Source: Candidatus Poribacteria bacterium
Lineage (GTDB): Bacteria > Poribacteria > WGA-4E > WGA-3G
DNA: 64,000 nucleotides
Direction of reading: 5' to 3'
NCBI GenBank assembly: GCA_965205025.1
Contig: CBDBFU010000013.1
Span: 1 to 64,000, forward strand
Position numbers and translations under genes: made by a program. This document shows positions 31,262-41,109 of this stretch, piece by piece; within the stretch, counting starts at the first letter, position 1; each line of letters begins with the position of its first letter. The notes below the pieces were generated by a model. The model searched no databases, had not been told where the DNA came from, and was given only the letters and a program-made list of their open reading frames with translations.

Positions 31262-31626
31262 AATAAATTACTTCCTCCTATTTTAATATTACAAAACAAT
31301 TATTCAATACAATATTATCACTGATATCACACTTCTATTACACGTAAAGATAATATTGATTAAATAGATACTAAATCAGTAATATTAAAATGCTATATTA
31401 AACGAAAAAATATGTCAAGTGTTATATTATACTTGGGGTATGTAAAGTATTTGTCACTAAACATTACGCTGCAATAGTATATGGATCCCAATATTTATCT
31501 CTGAAATCATTTTACAAACAATATTACTCTTGCATTCAAAGTGAGGTCGAACACCTAATTCTGTTGGATGAATGGATTAATGTAAATATAAAAAAGTGTT
31601 AATATCTATCGTTTTGAAATGATAGC

Positions 31627-31837
31627 ACTTTCACGGAAACCTTCACGGAGCAATTTTACGAACCCTTATTCTATAAGGGTTTATAATTTAAAGTAGACCA
31701 ATTCTCCGTGAATCACATATGTTAATTATATTATAACTCAAGTGTATATTAAGTATTTATATGTTTTTATATGAAGTGTATTTGGACATAACGCTCCGCT
31801 GGAGTGCAAGATGTTGATATAACTTTTTCTATAGACA
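31627..31837 (-). repeat. Repeat family B copy
   Basis: Reverse complement of 1148-1361. Confidence 0.88.
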
Positions 31838-31988
31838 TATCACCCCTCTTGGATGAGGAAAGAATCTGAAAAACTGCGTTGTTGTGATATATGTATGTTA
31901 GTTGTTAGAGATGGGTGTTTTCTTCATTTTTAAAATTGACCATGATTTCAAGCACACTGGAGAAGACAAGTATATCGATTAATTCTGT

Positions 31989-32108
31989 TAGGACTTACGC
32001 AATATAAATTAAAGTCCTATGATAACAGAGATTTAAGCGTTAAAAGATCATAATAACGACTTTTTAAAGTCCAATTTACCTTTGTCTGCTCAATTTGCGT
32101 AAGTCCTA
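31989..32108. mobile_element. MITE family D, diverged second copy (inverted)
   Basis: TAGGACTTACGCAA...TTGCGTAAGTCCTA. The interior matches the reverse complement of 29341-29462 (GACTT.AAAAAGTCGT). Confidence 0.8.
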
Positions 32109-32187
32109 ATTGTGTTATTATCAATTAAATGATTCTAAAGTTTAGACTACAATACGATATGGGTCTCTATATAGATTTTCTTTGATG

Positions 32188-32784
32188 CTATAGGGATTTA
32201 ACCTTTATATTCCTACACCACAATCTACCACCGTGATCTTGAATTCCGATATGACCTTTCCTTGGAAAATCCTTTAAAGCAACACCGAATTTGTTCCTAC
32301 TCCCATCAGGATTCTCGTGAGGTGTATCCCATAAATCTAAATCAGCATCAACAATCTCTTCTCCATTCATCTCTACTTTTACTTGACTCCCATCACAAGT
32401 AATCCGCATCTGATTCCATTCACCTGCAGGTTTACAAACATTACGTGTGGGTTCCAATGCATCATAAAGTGCACCGCAACAATGTTTTGTAGCTGGATCT
32501 TTACCGTGTGTATCTAATATCTGAATTTCTAAGCCTGTCTGAACTGGATCATTCAGGTTAGCCCATCGAATGAATACACCACTATTTACATTTGGTTCTG
32601 ACTTATACTCAAGATCCAAAATGAAGTCATCAAATTGTTCTTCAGTATATAGGTATTGTCCACCCTTTACAGTGCAGAGAATAGAGCCATCGTCTACAAC
32701 CCAACCTTCATCACTGCCAGTTGCACCCCATCCATTTAATGTTTCACCGTCAAAAAGAGATTTCCAACCATTTTCATTTGCCAT
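32188..32784 (-). CDS. DUF1080 (3-keto-disaccharide hydrolase-like) protein
   Basis: WKSLFDGETLNGW, NSGVFIR, EIQILD, GEWNQMRI, GHIGIQDHG, RNIKVK. Confidence 0.93.
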   Translation of the reverse strand: MANENGWKSLFDGETLNGWGATGSDEGWVVDDGSILCTVKGGQYLYTEEQFDDFILDLEYKSEPNVNSGVFIRWANLNDPVQTGLEIQILDTHGKDPATKHCCGALYDALEPTRNVCKPAGEWNQMRITCDGSQVKVEMNGEEIVDADLDLWDTPHENPDGSRNKFGVALKDFPRKGHIGIQDHGGRLWCRNIKVKSL

Positions 32785-32834
32785 TTAATATTACCTCATT
32801 TTTGTTAATTTATGATAATCATAAGAATAGTTTT

Positions 32835-33063
32835 ATACTATTTCTATAAATTATTGTCTCATTAGACGGTTATTATGGTAGTCTTTTCTCTGGTCACAAA
32901 CTGAATGAAGATTAAAATAATAATTCGGTAATGTGTTAGAAATTCGGTTCGGTTAGGAAACCGAACCTACCAAGTTTGGGAAAATGGGAATTACCGAATT
33001 TAAAACTTAATCCTCATAAAGTTTGTGGTACAAAAAAGAGACATTTTCAATTAGAAATAGTAT
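32835..33063. mobile_element. MITE family C, copy 2 (uninterrupted, 229 bp)
   Basis: TIR ATACTATTTCTA/TAGAAATAGTAT. Direct repeat of 29328-29683. Confidence 0.88.
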
Positions 33064-34172
33064 TATTTTAGACTTTGTAAGAAAAGTCTGCCTATATCAA
33101 GGTTAAATTCGAACTCCGATTTTGAGCATGGACTATTATAGCCAATAATCGGAACATAACTTTCATGTCTTGAACCGTGTGAACGAAGAGATACGGATTC
33201 TTTTGCAACTTGTAATTCTCCAAATACCGTTTGTTGGTCAGCCAATAAGAATATATCCCCTATCCTTTCGGAGTGTAGTTGAAATTTCTGAGCTGCCTCT
33301 TCTGCTGTATACACTTCCTCAATTCCTTCTGTACTAATAAGACACTGAATCGCATCATCTAAGTCCTTTGGATCATTTAAGAATACATACGCTGCACCTC
33401 CTAAATTACCATGATGCACAACATATCTATCTTTTATGATAGGAATTGAATCTGCATGTATAGCATCTCTGTGAAGAATTCGTGCGGGGTCAAGTGCTGT
33501 CGTCTTATCCAACATTCCATGATCCGCAGTGATATATATCTCTCTTTCTGGATCTTGGTCAACAATATCCCCAATTATATTATCAAGTTCAGATAAATGT
33601 CTTTGAGAAATCTCATGCTCTGGTGGATATTTATGTTGTACCCAATCTGTGGTTGAGCAATATATCAACTCTGGATCATACTTCTGAATAGAATATAAGA
33701 CTGATCGTAACAACCACCAGTTTATTTCAATAGAGTAAATCGGTTCAGTCGGACCCACGGAATCGATAAATTCTTCAGGTGGATCTTCTGCAGCAACCTT
33801 TATATCTGCACCATTCTGTAAAATCCGTAGCAACTTCTTTTTTGTTACAAACAGTGCTGTAGTATCAGCAAATTTGGTATTTTTCGCGACTTCAAATAGA
33901 GTTGGAGAAAGTAAGAAACGGTTATCCTCTATAAATTCTCCTTTTCGTGTTTTTCTATCAACATAGTAGTTTGTCGTTATCCCATGTTTATCGGGGAATG
34001 CACCAGTAGCAATACTAACATTATTGACATTCGTAACAGATGGAATTACTGCATGACCGTGTTGAAGAAAACCTGCTTCAGCTAATTTAGATATATTTGG
34101 GATTTCACTTGCTGATAAATAATCATAACTTCCAGCATCAATACAAATAATTAGTACTTTGCGTCTATTCAC
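33063..34172 (-). CDS. phnA: Phosphonoacetate hydrolase (alkaline phosphatase superfamily)
   Basis: PSVTNVNNVSIATG..P..HGI, TTDWVQHKY, ITADHGM, LRSHGS match PhnA motifs. Confidence 0.82.
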   Translation of the reverse strand: MNRRKVLIICIDAGSYDYLSASEIPNISKLAEAGFLQHGHAVIPSVTNVNNVSIATGAFPDKHGITTNYYVDRKTRKGEFIEDNRFLLSPTLFEVAKNTKFADTTALFVTKKKLLRILQNGADIKVAAEDPPEEFIDSVGPTEPIYSIEINWWLLRSVLYSIQKYDPELIYCSTTDWVQHKYPPEHEISQRHLSELDNIIGDIVDQDPEREIYITADHGMLDKTTALDPARILHRDAIHADSIPIIKDRYVVHHGNLGGAAYVFLNDPKDLDDAIQCLISTEGIEEVYTAEEAAQKFQLHSERIGDIFLLADQQTVFGELQVAKESVSLRSHGSRHESYVPIIGYNSPCSKSEFEFNLDIGRLFLQSLK

Positions 34173-34244
34173 AATATTATAACTTTCATTTGTTCCAATA
34201 TGTTGAGATTACAACATATTTTCCTATGACATCCTAAATCTCAC

Positions 34245-35333
34245 TCATGGAGCAATAGCAATCCTAACAATTTCCTGTTTAAAGGCATGCGTGAAGGCAT
34301 CATTAATTTCTGATAATGGGTATACCTTTCCAATAAGCTCAGCAAACGGATAATTTGATTTCTGTTCATCTATAAAACTAACAATCTTATCCATTATATT
34401 TGGATGATAGTTGTGAACCCCTTTAAGTGTAATGCATTTTGTAACTAATTGATGCACATTAAATGGGATTCCATCAAGTGGGTATACATACCCAAGCGTT
34501 AAACATTTACCCCCAATAGCTAACCAGTCAATCATATCAGGTAATGCTGGTGGGGCACCACTCACTTCAACAACCAGATCAACCCCACGTCCATCAGTTA
34601 AATCATCTAATTGTGCTGATATCTCATCCTTTGAAACAGTTTCAGCGTTAAATGTATGTGTTGCACCATAACGTAATACAGTATTCAAGCGAACATCCTG
34701 TTTATCCACGACTCCAACAATTTTATATCCTTTTGATCGAAGATAACAGGCTGCATATATTCCTAACATTCCTGCTCCATGAACAACAGCGGATTCTCCC
34801 GGTTCAGTTCCGATTGATTCAATACCGTTTACAACTGTTCCCAAAGCACAATTTATTGGGACCACCTCTTCATCTGTTAGTGTATCAGGAATTTTATGTA
34901 TTGAAGTTCCTTTTTTCAACTGAATGTGGGTAGAGAATCCACCTGAAAGTGCATTTTCGCCTTTACTTTCTGCATGTCCATATTTAAACATGGATTCACA
35001 CTTTTGTGGAAGATTAATATGGGAGCAGTAATGACATTCTCCGCATGCTGTAGTTAAGCTCCATGTAATCCTATCCCCTACTTTTAAGGGTTCACCTTTA
35101 TCAGATTTTAAAGTAGTCGAAGCATCAACGACACCGATTGCCTCATGTCCTAACACACAAGGAACAACCATATCACGTCTACCAGAAACAGTGTGTAGGT
35201 CTGACCCACAAATTGTTGCGAGTGAGACTTTAGCTAATACTGTATCAGGTTTCGTTTGGATGGGAACAGAAATAATCTCAAATGGTTTTCCAACTCCATG
35301 AAATATTGCTGTCTGAGCATACTTTTGGGTCAT
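34245..35333 (-). CDS. Zinc-binding alcohol dehydrogenase, phosphonate-catabolism-associated type
   Basis: TICGSDLHT, LGHE, CGECHYC..LPQKC..MFKYGH, GAGMLG, GVHNY. Adjacent to phnA. Confidence 0.85.
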   Translation of the reverse strand: MTQKYAQTAIFHGVGKPFEIISVPIQTKPDTVLAKVSLATICGSDLHTVSGRRDMVVPCVLGHEAIGVVDASTTLKSDKGEPLKVGDRITWSLTTACGECHYCSHINLPQKCESMFKYGHAESKGENALSGGFSTHIQLKKGTSIHKIPDTLTDEEVVPINCALGTVVNGIESIGTEPGESAVVHGAGMLGIYAACYLRSKGYKIVGVVDKQDVRLNTVLRYGATHTFNAETVSKDEISAQLDDLTDGRGVDLVVEVSGAPPALPDMIDWLAIGGKCLTLGYVYPLDGIPFNVHQLVTKCITLKGVHNYHPNIMDKIVSFIDEQKSNYPFAELIGKVYPLSEINDAFTHAFKQEIVRIAIAP

Positions 35334-35423
35334 ATCTATTTGTTCATAATCCTTCTAAAATTTAATTAACCTGTTTCTGAATATTCAGTTCATAAACCCA
35401 CTGTTATTATTGCTAAAATATAC

Positions 35424-35452
35424 TTGCCACGTCAACTATTATTTCGTATAAT
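35424..35452 (+). promoter_or_regulatory. sigma70-type promoter for argB
   Basis: TTGCCA-17bp-TATAAT. Confidence 0.55.
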
Positions 35453-35493
35453 TTCACATCTTAACCGAAACTAATAGGAATTATCTATAATTC

Positions 35494-36372
35494 ATGAACC
35501 AAATTGCAGAAGTATTAATTGAAGCCTTACCCTACATACGTCGTTTCTCAAATCGGAGAATTGTAATAAAATATGGTGGGGCTGCGATGGAAGATGAGTC
35601 ACTCATTGATTCTGTCATCGAAGACATTGTATTAATGAAATTTGTTGGGATGCGACCTATTGTAGTCCATGGGGGTGGACCCAAAATTAGTGCTTGGATG
35701 GATAGAATTGGAAAAGAAGCAGAATTTATACAAGGATTACGGGTCACTGATGCTGAGACTGTAGAAATAGCAGAAATGGTTCTCGCAGGTACAATTAATA
35801 AAGGGATCGTCTCAAGGATAAATCAACAAGGTGGACAAGCGATAGGACTTTGTGGGAAAGATGCGAATTTAATTGTTGCTGAAAAATATACACCTCATGT
35901 AACTGATAAAGAAGGGAAAGAAACCGCGATAGATCTCGGTTTTGTTGGAAGTGTCATAGGTGTAAATGCTCAACCCATTATCACGCTTGATGAAGCAGAT
36001 TATATACCTGTGATAGCCCCTAATGGTATTGGAGTAGATGGACAAACATACAATATAAATGCTGATACAATGGCAGGAGAAATTGCCTCTGCACTCCATG
36101 CAGAAAAACTAATTCTACTTACCGATACACGCGGAATATGTAGTGATATGAATGATGAATCAACCTTAATTTCAACGATCAAAATGAATGAAATCAACAA
36201 ACTTATTGATGCTCAAGTAATATCCGGTGGAATGATACCAAAAATTGAAGCATGTGCTACAGCACTTCTTGGTGGAGTTTCAAAAGCACATATAATTGAT
36301 GGCAGAATAGAACACTCACTATTGCTTGAAGTATTAACAGAAGGTGGTATAGGAACAGAAATCATTCGGTAA
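35494..36372 (+). CDS. argB: Acetylglutamate kinase
   Basis: EALPYI, VIKYGG, VVHGGGP, NINADT, GGMIPK, HIIDGR. Confidence 0.97.
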   Translation: MNQIAEVLIEALPYIRRFSNRRIVIKYGGAAMEDESLIDSVIEDIVLMKFVGMRPIVVHGGGPKISAWMDRIGKEAEFIQGLRVTDAETVEIAEMVLAGTINKGIVSRINQQGGQAIGLCGKDANLIVAEKYTPHVTDKEGKETAIDLGFVGSVIGVNAQPIITLDEADYIPVIAPNGIGVDGQTYNINADTMAGEIASALHAEKLILLTDTRGICSDMNDESTLISTIKMNEINKLIDAQVISGGMIPKIEACATALLGGVSKAHIIDGRIEHSLLLEVLTEGGIGTEIIR

Positions 36373-37559
36373 TGAAAGGTGGACACATGGAAACTATGAA
36401 AAAAGTTGCAGCGATTCTCACGACCTATTTTCCTAACTCACATGCTGATGTCATAGCAACAAAATATATGAAGGGTTATCCAACAGATGAAGATCTTAAA
36501 CCCCCACGCGTGGAATTGGTCTCAATTTATCTTGATCAAATTGACCCGCGAGATATTGGGGTCGGATTAGCAGAAGAGCATAATGTACCAATCTACCAAA
36601 GTATTCGTCAGGCATTAACACTGGGTGAGAGTGAACTTGCTGTAGATGGTGTATTACTAATTGGTGAGCACGGTGATTATCCACATAATGAATTTGAACA
36701 GCACATGTATCCTCGACGATATATGTTTGAGCAAATTTGTGGGGTATTCGCTTCTTCAGGTCGTTCTGTGCCAGTTTTCAACGATAAACACCTTGCATAT
36801 AATTGGGATGATGCAATTTGGATGTATGAACGTGCTAAGGAGCTTGATGTACCATTCATGGCAGGTTCATCTTTACCTTTGGGATGGCGACAACCATTCT
36901 TAGAACACGATCTTGATACACCACTGGATTCTGCTGTTGGTATTGGCTATGGGGGTGTCGAATCTTATGGATTTCATGCTCTTGAAACACTCCAGTGTAT
37001 GATTGAACGTCGAAAAGGTGGAGAATCTGGGGTTGTTTCAGTTCAATGCTTAGAAGGGGATGCGGTATGGGATGCAGCAGAAAAAGGAGAATGGTCTATG
37101 ACATTAGCCGAAGCTGCTTGTAGCCAGATTAAGAACAGACCTGATACCTCTATTGTTGAAGGGTGTCCAAGTCCGACTGCTTTCTTAATTGAACATACTG
37201 ACGGGTTTAAATCCACTGTCTTAATGTTAAATGGTTATGTTACCGATTTTGCTTATGCCGGATTAATTGGTGATGAGATTCAAGCAACAGAATTTTATCT
37301 TCAAAATGGTGTTCCATTTTCACATTTTAGTTATCTGAGTCTTAATATTGAAGAGATGTTTCTTACAGGTGTACCTCAATATCCAGCGGAACGAACATTG
37401 CTAACAACGGGTATTCTTGATGCGGTTATGCATTCTCGACATCAGGGACATATTCGTCTTGAAACACCCCATTTAGGGAATATCAAATATCAATCTTTTG
37501 ATAAACCCCTAATCCGTCCTACAGCCCCACGGCCTGAAGGAGCGACTCTGCAGAATTAA
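36372..37559 (+). CDS. Conserved hypothetical Gfo/Idh/MocA-like oxidoreductase-fold protein
   Basis: SHADVI, DGVLLIGEHGDYP, PVFNDKHL, MAGSSLP, YGFHALE. This pattern is recalled from Planctomycetes/Poribacteria proteins. Confidence 0.75.
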   Translation: MKGGHMETMKKVAAILTTYFPNSHADVIATKYMKGYPTDEDLKPPRVELVSIYLDQIDPRDIGVGLAEEHNVPIYQSIRQALTLGESELAVDGVLLIGEHGDYPHNEFEQHMYPRRYMFEQICGVFASSGRSVPVFNDKHLAYNWDDAIWMYERAKELDVPFMAGSSLPLGWRQPFLEHDLDTPLDSAVGIGYGGVESYGFHALETLQCMIERRKGGESGVVSVQCLEGDAVWDAAEKGEWSMTLAEAACSQIKNRPDTSIVEGCPSPTAFLIEHTDGFKSTVLMLNGYVTDFAYAGLIGDEIQATEFYLQNGVPFSHFSYLSLNIEEMFLTGVPQYPAERTLLTTGILDAVMHSRHQGHIRLETPHLGNIKYQSFDKPLIRPTAPRPEGATLQN

Positions 37560-37583
37560 TCCTTATCCTGTTCTGAGAATTAT

Positions 37584-38081
37584 CTATACTTCATTAAATT
37601 TCTGAAACAGGTTTCGTAGGTTTTCTTGCGTAACAATTGGGTCTTCTATAATAATCCGCGCCCCACCGATTACATCCATAAATCCTAATTCCCGTTGGTA
37701 ACGTGGTACAACATGTAAATGTAAATGGGGTATACTGGCTCCTGATGTTTCACCCATATTAAATCCTATATTGAACCCGCGTGGTTGGTATGCCTCTGAC
37801 AATACCTCGAAACTTAAACACTGTAATTCATGCAGACCGAATACTTCATCAGAATTCAATTCACGTAAATCTACGACATGTCTTTGTGGGAATATCAATA
37901 GATGTCCGGGACTATAGGGGTATAAGTTAAGCGATATTGTGAATAACTCTGTGCGATGTACCTCTAACCTTTCAACCTTATCATCTTTTTCAACAATAGC
38001 ACATAATATACATTCAACCTTCGGTCGATTCTTTCCTTTTGCATAGGGTAATTTGTTTGGTACAAACAGATTTTGACGCAT
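37584..38081 (-). CDS. HIT-family nucleotide hydrolase (Ap4A phosphorylase-like)
   Basis: CILC, LNLYPYSPGHL, GASIPHLHLHVVPR. Confidence 0.92.
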   Translation of the reverse strand: MRQNLFVPNKLPYAKGKNRPKVECILCAIVEKDDKVERLEVHRTELFTISLNLYPYSPGHLLIFPQRHVVDLRELNSDEVFGLHELQCLSFEVLSEAYQPRGFNIGFNMGETSGASIPHLHLHVVPRYQRELGFMDVIGGARIIIEDPIVTQENLRNLFQKFNEV

Positions 38082-38253
38082 TATACTATCCTTATCTCAT
38101 AGTGTTATACTGGGACTGTTCCATAATAAACCATGTAAGATATAGATGCAAGTATAACGTGCGTGTGGGTTGTGTAAAGTTTTTGACACTATAGGCGTCA
38201 ATTTAAGCGTAATATTCTTCTATAGGGGAACTCCGATTCACTAATGTTGAATT

Positions 38254-39309
38254 TTAACTTATCGAAAAAACGCTCACTCCACCCGACTCGTCACCAACAG
38301 CAATATACTGGTCATTCGGTGCCCAAACGATGCTTGTGACCCCCGCTGTCAGAGTGGCTTCATGAACCGCACGGGAACTGAGTCTTCCTTTCAATTCCCA
38401 GACGTAGACCAGACCGTCGGCACCGCCTGAGGCCAGCAGTTTACCACTATGTTGAAAACGCACAACGCTGATAAAATTCCGATGGCCGGAAAGCGAAATA
38501 GGTTTGGTATCGGCCGGTCCGCTACCGGAACAATCCCACACCGTAACATCCAGACCGCCTCCCGTAGCTAAGAATCGACTTGTGGCATCCCATGAAAGTT
38601 CTTGCACTTTCGTCGGATAACCATACATTTGCAAGTCCTCTCCGGTAGACATAATCCAGAAATGTACGGTCGAATCTTGATCTCCGGTGGCGATGTATTT
38701 GCCGTCAGGGCTCCACGTAATCACCAATGATGAACCTTTCCAGACCAATCGGCGGACGGCTTCCGACTGTTCCGGGACCCACAGCGTGACACCGCCGTAG
38801 GTAATTGAGGCAAGTTGCCTTACACTCGGTTTCCATTGAATACCAGAAATCGTGCTCTGATGGTCGGGATATTCTTGAATAAGATCGCCGACAGCGTTCC
38901 AGACTTTCAGCTTACGTCCAGCGGCAGAGGCGAGTATCGGTTTTTCGCCGCCACTCCAAGCCAGGTGCTCAACCCATGCTGCGCCCCCGTCAAGCGAATG
39001 TGTCGCTTCGCCACTTGTGATATCCCACAACCGAATTTTCCCATCTTGTCCTGCGCTTGCAAGCACTTTGCTGTTTGGATGCCAAGCGATTGACATTGTG
39101 CCGAATTCATGCCCTTCGAAGGTATGGATAACCGTTCGTTGACGACCTTCAAAAATTGTCACCGGACCGAGAACCGACGCTGCAGCGATGTATCTCCCAT
39201 CAGGCGACCACGCCAGATCAATGACGTAGTCGCTGATGGTTGCGCTCCAATTTTCGCGTAGTTGAGAGGGCTGTACAAAGCGGTTGCTCAGTCTGTTCAA
39301 GCGAGACAT
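38254..39309 (-). CDS. WD40-repeat protein associated with COG0523
   Basis: Multiple WD repeats ([21 protein letters not shown]). Overlaps the stop of the GTPase gene. Confidence 0.92.
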   Translation of the reverse strand: MSRLNRLSNRFVQPSQLRENWSATISDYVIDLAWSPDGRYIAAASVLGPVTIFEGRQRTVIHTFEGHEFGTMSIAWHPNSKVLASAGQDGKIRLWDITSGEATHSLDGGAAWVEHLAWSGGEKPILASAAGRKLKVWNAVGDLIQEYPDHQSTISGIQWKPSVRQLASITYGGVTLWVPEQSEAVRRLVWKGSSLVITWSPDGKYIATGDQDSTVHFWIMSTGEDLQMYGYPTKVQELSWDATSRFLATGGGLDVTVWDCSGSGPADTKPISLSGHRNFISVVRFQHSGKLLASGGADGLVYVWELKGRLSSRAVHEATLTAGVTSIVWAPNDQYIAVGDESGGVSVFSIS

Positions 39310-40649
39310 GCTTCAAACCCTTCAGTCAATTCGGTACGGTTGAGGTTGCGTCCGATGAAGATGAGGCTATTGTAGCGCTCTTCATCACCCCATGGACGGT
39401 CGGGACGACCATCGAAGAGCATATGAACACCTTGGAAGACGAATCGGTTTGGCTGCCCCTTGATGCTCAGAATTCCTTTCATGCGGAAGATGTCAATACC
39501 TTTTGTCCGAAGCAGATCGCCAATCCAATCGTCCAACCGGTCGGGATTGAGGTCACCTGGGGTTGTGATGCCAACCGATGTAACTTCGTCATCATGTTCG
39601 TGGTCTGGCTTAAATTCGCGTTCAACAACTGGGTTGACAAGGGCACCGCTGCCGAAGAGTTGTGCTTGAAATTCGTCGGGGTGATGCTCGGTAAATAGTG
39701 CGTAAGCACCGGCGCGGTCGATCTGCACGTCAAAGCGTAATTCGTCCGCTGTGAGATTCAACTCAATGAGTTGTCCACTTGGTTGAAGGGTGCCACCCGT
39801 TGAAAGCTCATGCTCATCATCTGAGAAAACCATAACGACTGGCTCAACAGCGAGCTCCAAAGCTTCATCATTTGACTCATTTACGGGTACCAACGCGAGT
39901 TTCATCGACGGGTCAGGACCTTCTTGAAGAAGTAGTTCATGCGTACCAGCCGAAAGGTTATAAACACCTGCCCATTCAAAGGGGTATTCCGGTTCCATAA
40001 ACTGAGGGTCAACCTCCATCGCCCGGTCCAGATCGAATCCGCCGACATTGAGAATCTTGTCCATTTCAACCACGGCGTCTTTCGTTCGATAAATCTTCGC
40101 TGCACTGTTCATGCTGCGAATTCTGGCTTCCAGTTGATCTAACTCTTCCTCGGTCACAAGGTCAATCTTGTTCAACAAAATGACATCGGCAAAGGCAATC
40201 TGTTCACGAGCCTCGTCGCTGTCATCAATGTGCTGCCAAATGTGTTTGGCATCAACCACCGTCGTGACGGAATCCAGTTGCAGTTTCTCCTGCATTTCGG
40301 TGTCCATGAAGAACGTCTGAGCAACTGGTCCGGGGTCCGCAAGTCCTGTAGTTTCGACCATGATGTAGTCAAACTTATCACGACGCTTCATCAGATTACC
40401 TAAAATACGGATTAGATCACCACGCACTGTGCAGCAAATACAACCATTGTTCATCTCGAAAATCTCTTCTTCGGCACCGATGACCAAATCATTATCAACA
40501 CCGATCTCACCAAACTCGTTTTCGATGACGGCGATACGTTTGCCATGGTTTTCGGTGAGAATACGGTTGAGAAGCGTGGTTTTACCAGACCCTAAAAAGC
40601 CTGTCAACACGGTGACGGGGACTTGATCGTTTAGTATGGTTTCGTTCAT
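39297..40649 (-). CDS. COG0523/CobW-family metallochaperone GTPase with internal insertion
   Basis: [32 protein letters not shown] and CobW_C (RMKG..QGVH). Extra ~130 aa before CobW_C. Confidence 0.95.
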   Translation of the reverse strand: MNETILNDQVPVTVLTGFLGSGKTTLLNRILTENHGKRIAVIENEFGEIGVDNDLVIGAEEEIFEMNNGCICCTVRGDLIRILGNLMKRRDKFDYIMVETTGLADPGPVAQTFFMDTEMQEKLQLDSVTTVVDAKHIWQHIDDSDEAREQIAFADVILLNKIDLVTEEELDQLEARIRSMNSAAKIYRTKDAVVEMDKILNVGGFDLDRAMEVDPQFMEPEYPFEWAGVYNLSAGTHELLLQEGPDPSMKLALVPVNESNDEALELAVEPVVMVFSDDEHELSTGGTLQPSGQLIELNLTADELRFDVQIDRAGAYALFTEHHPDEFQAQLFGSGALVNPVVEREFKPDHEHDDEVTSVGITTPGDLNPDRLDDWIGDLLRTKGIDIFRMKGILSIKGQPNRFVFQGVHMLFDGRPDRPWGDEERYNSLIFIGRNLNRTELTEGFEACLA

Positions 40650-40668
40650 CTTTCTCTCCTTGTTGAAT

Positions 40669-40932
40669 TTAGCCAGCGGTTAAGCTAACGATGTCCGTCT
40701 GCTTCACCTCCGCCAGCGGTTTGTGAATTTTGTATTGTCGGGGCTTTCCCGGCGTCTCCATGATTGCAATGACCGTTTCAATAGGCGGACAGCCTTCTTC
40801 GGTGCATTCCAACTGAGAAATCATCACGGTGATATCCTCTGATAAGTCAAAGGCTTGGGAAACCCACGATTTGACTTGGACGATTTGCTGTGGGTCGCTC
40901 TCTTTTTTTGAATTGAAAAATTTCATCTGCAT
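40669..40932 (-). CDS. Small conserved protein with CxxxxCPP motif, COG0523-associated
   Basis: VKSWV..., [26 protein letters not shown] at 40932 follows GGAG. Confidence 0.75.
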   Translation of the reverse strand: MQMKFFNSKKESDPQQIVQVKSWVSQAFDLSEDITVMISQLECTEEGCPPIETVIAIMETPGKPRQYKIHKPLAEVKQTDIVSLTAG

Positions 40933-41066
40933 CTGTAAGACTCCGTTGTATAAGAGGTTAGGATCCTCTATTCTCATGTAGAAACGGTTACTAACTCCAA
41001 TTTCCCAATCAAAGCATGTACAATCGTATTAGTATTATACATGTCATACCATAAGTAAAATTGAGA

Positions 41067-41099
41067 ACGGGGACAGATGATAGAAATTATCGTCCCCGT
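41067..41099 (-). terminator. Stem-loop downstream of TonB receptor gene
   Basis: ACGGGGAC...GTCCCCGT stem. Confidence 0.55.
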
Positions 41100-41109
41100 C
41101 CTGCAGTCT

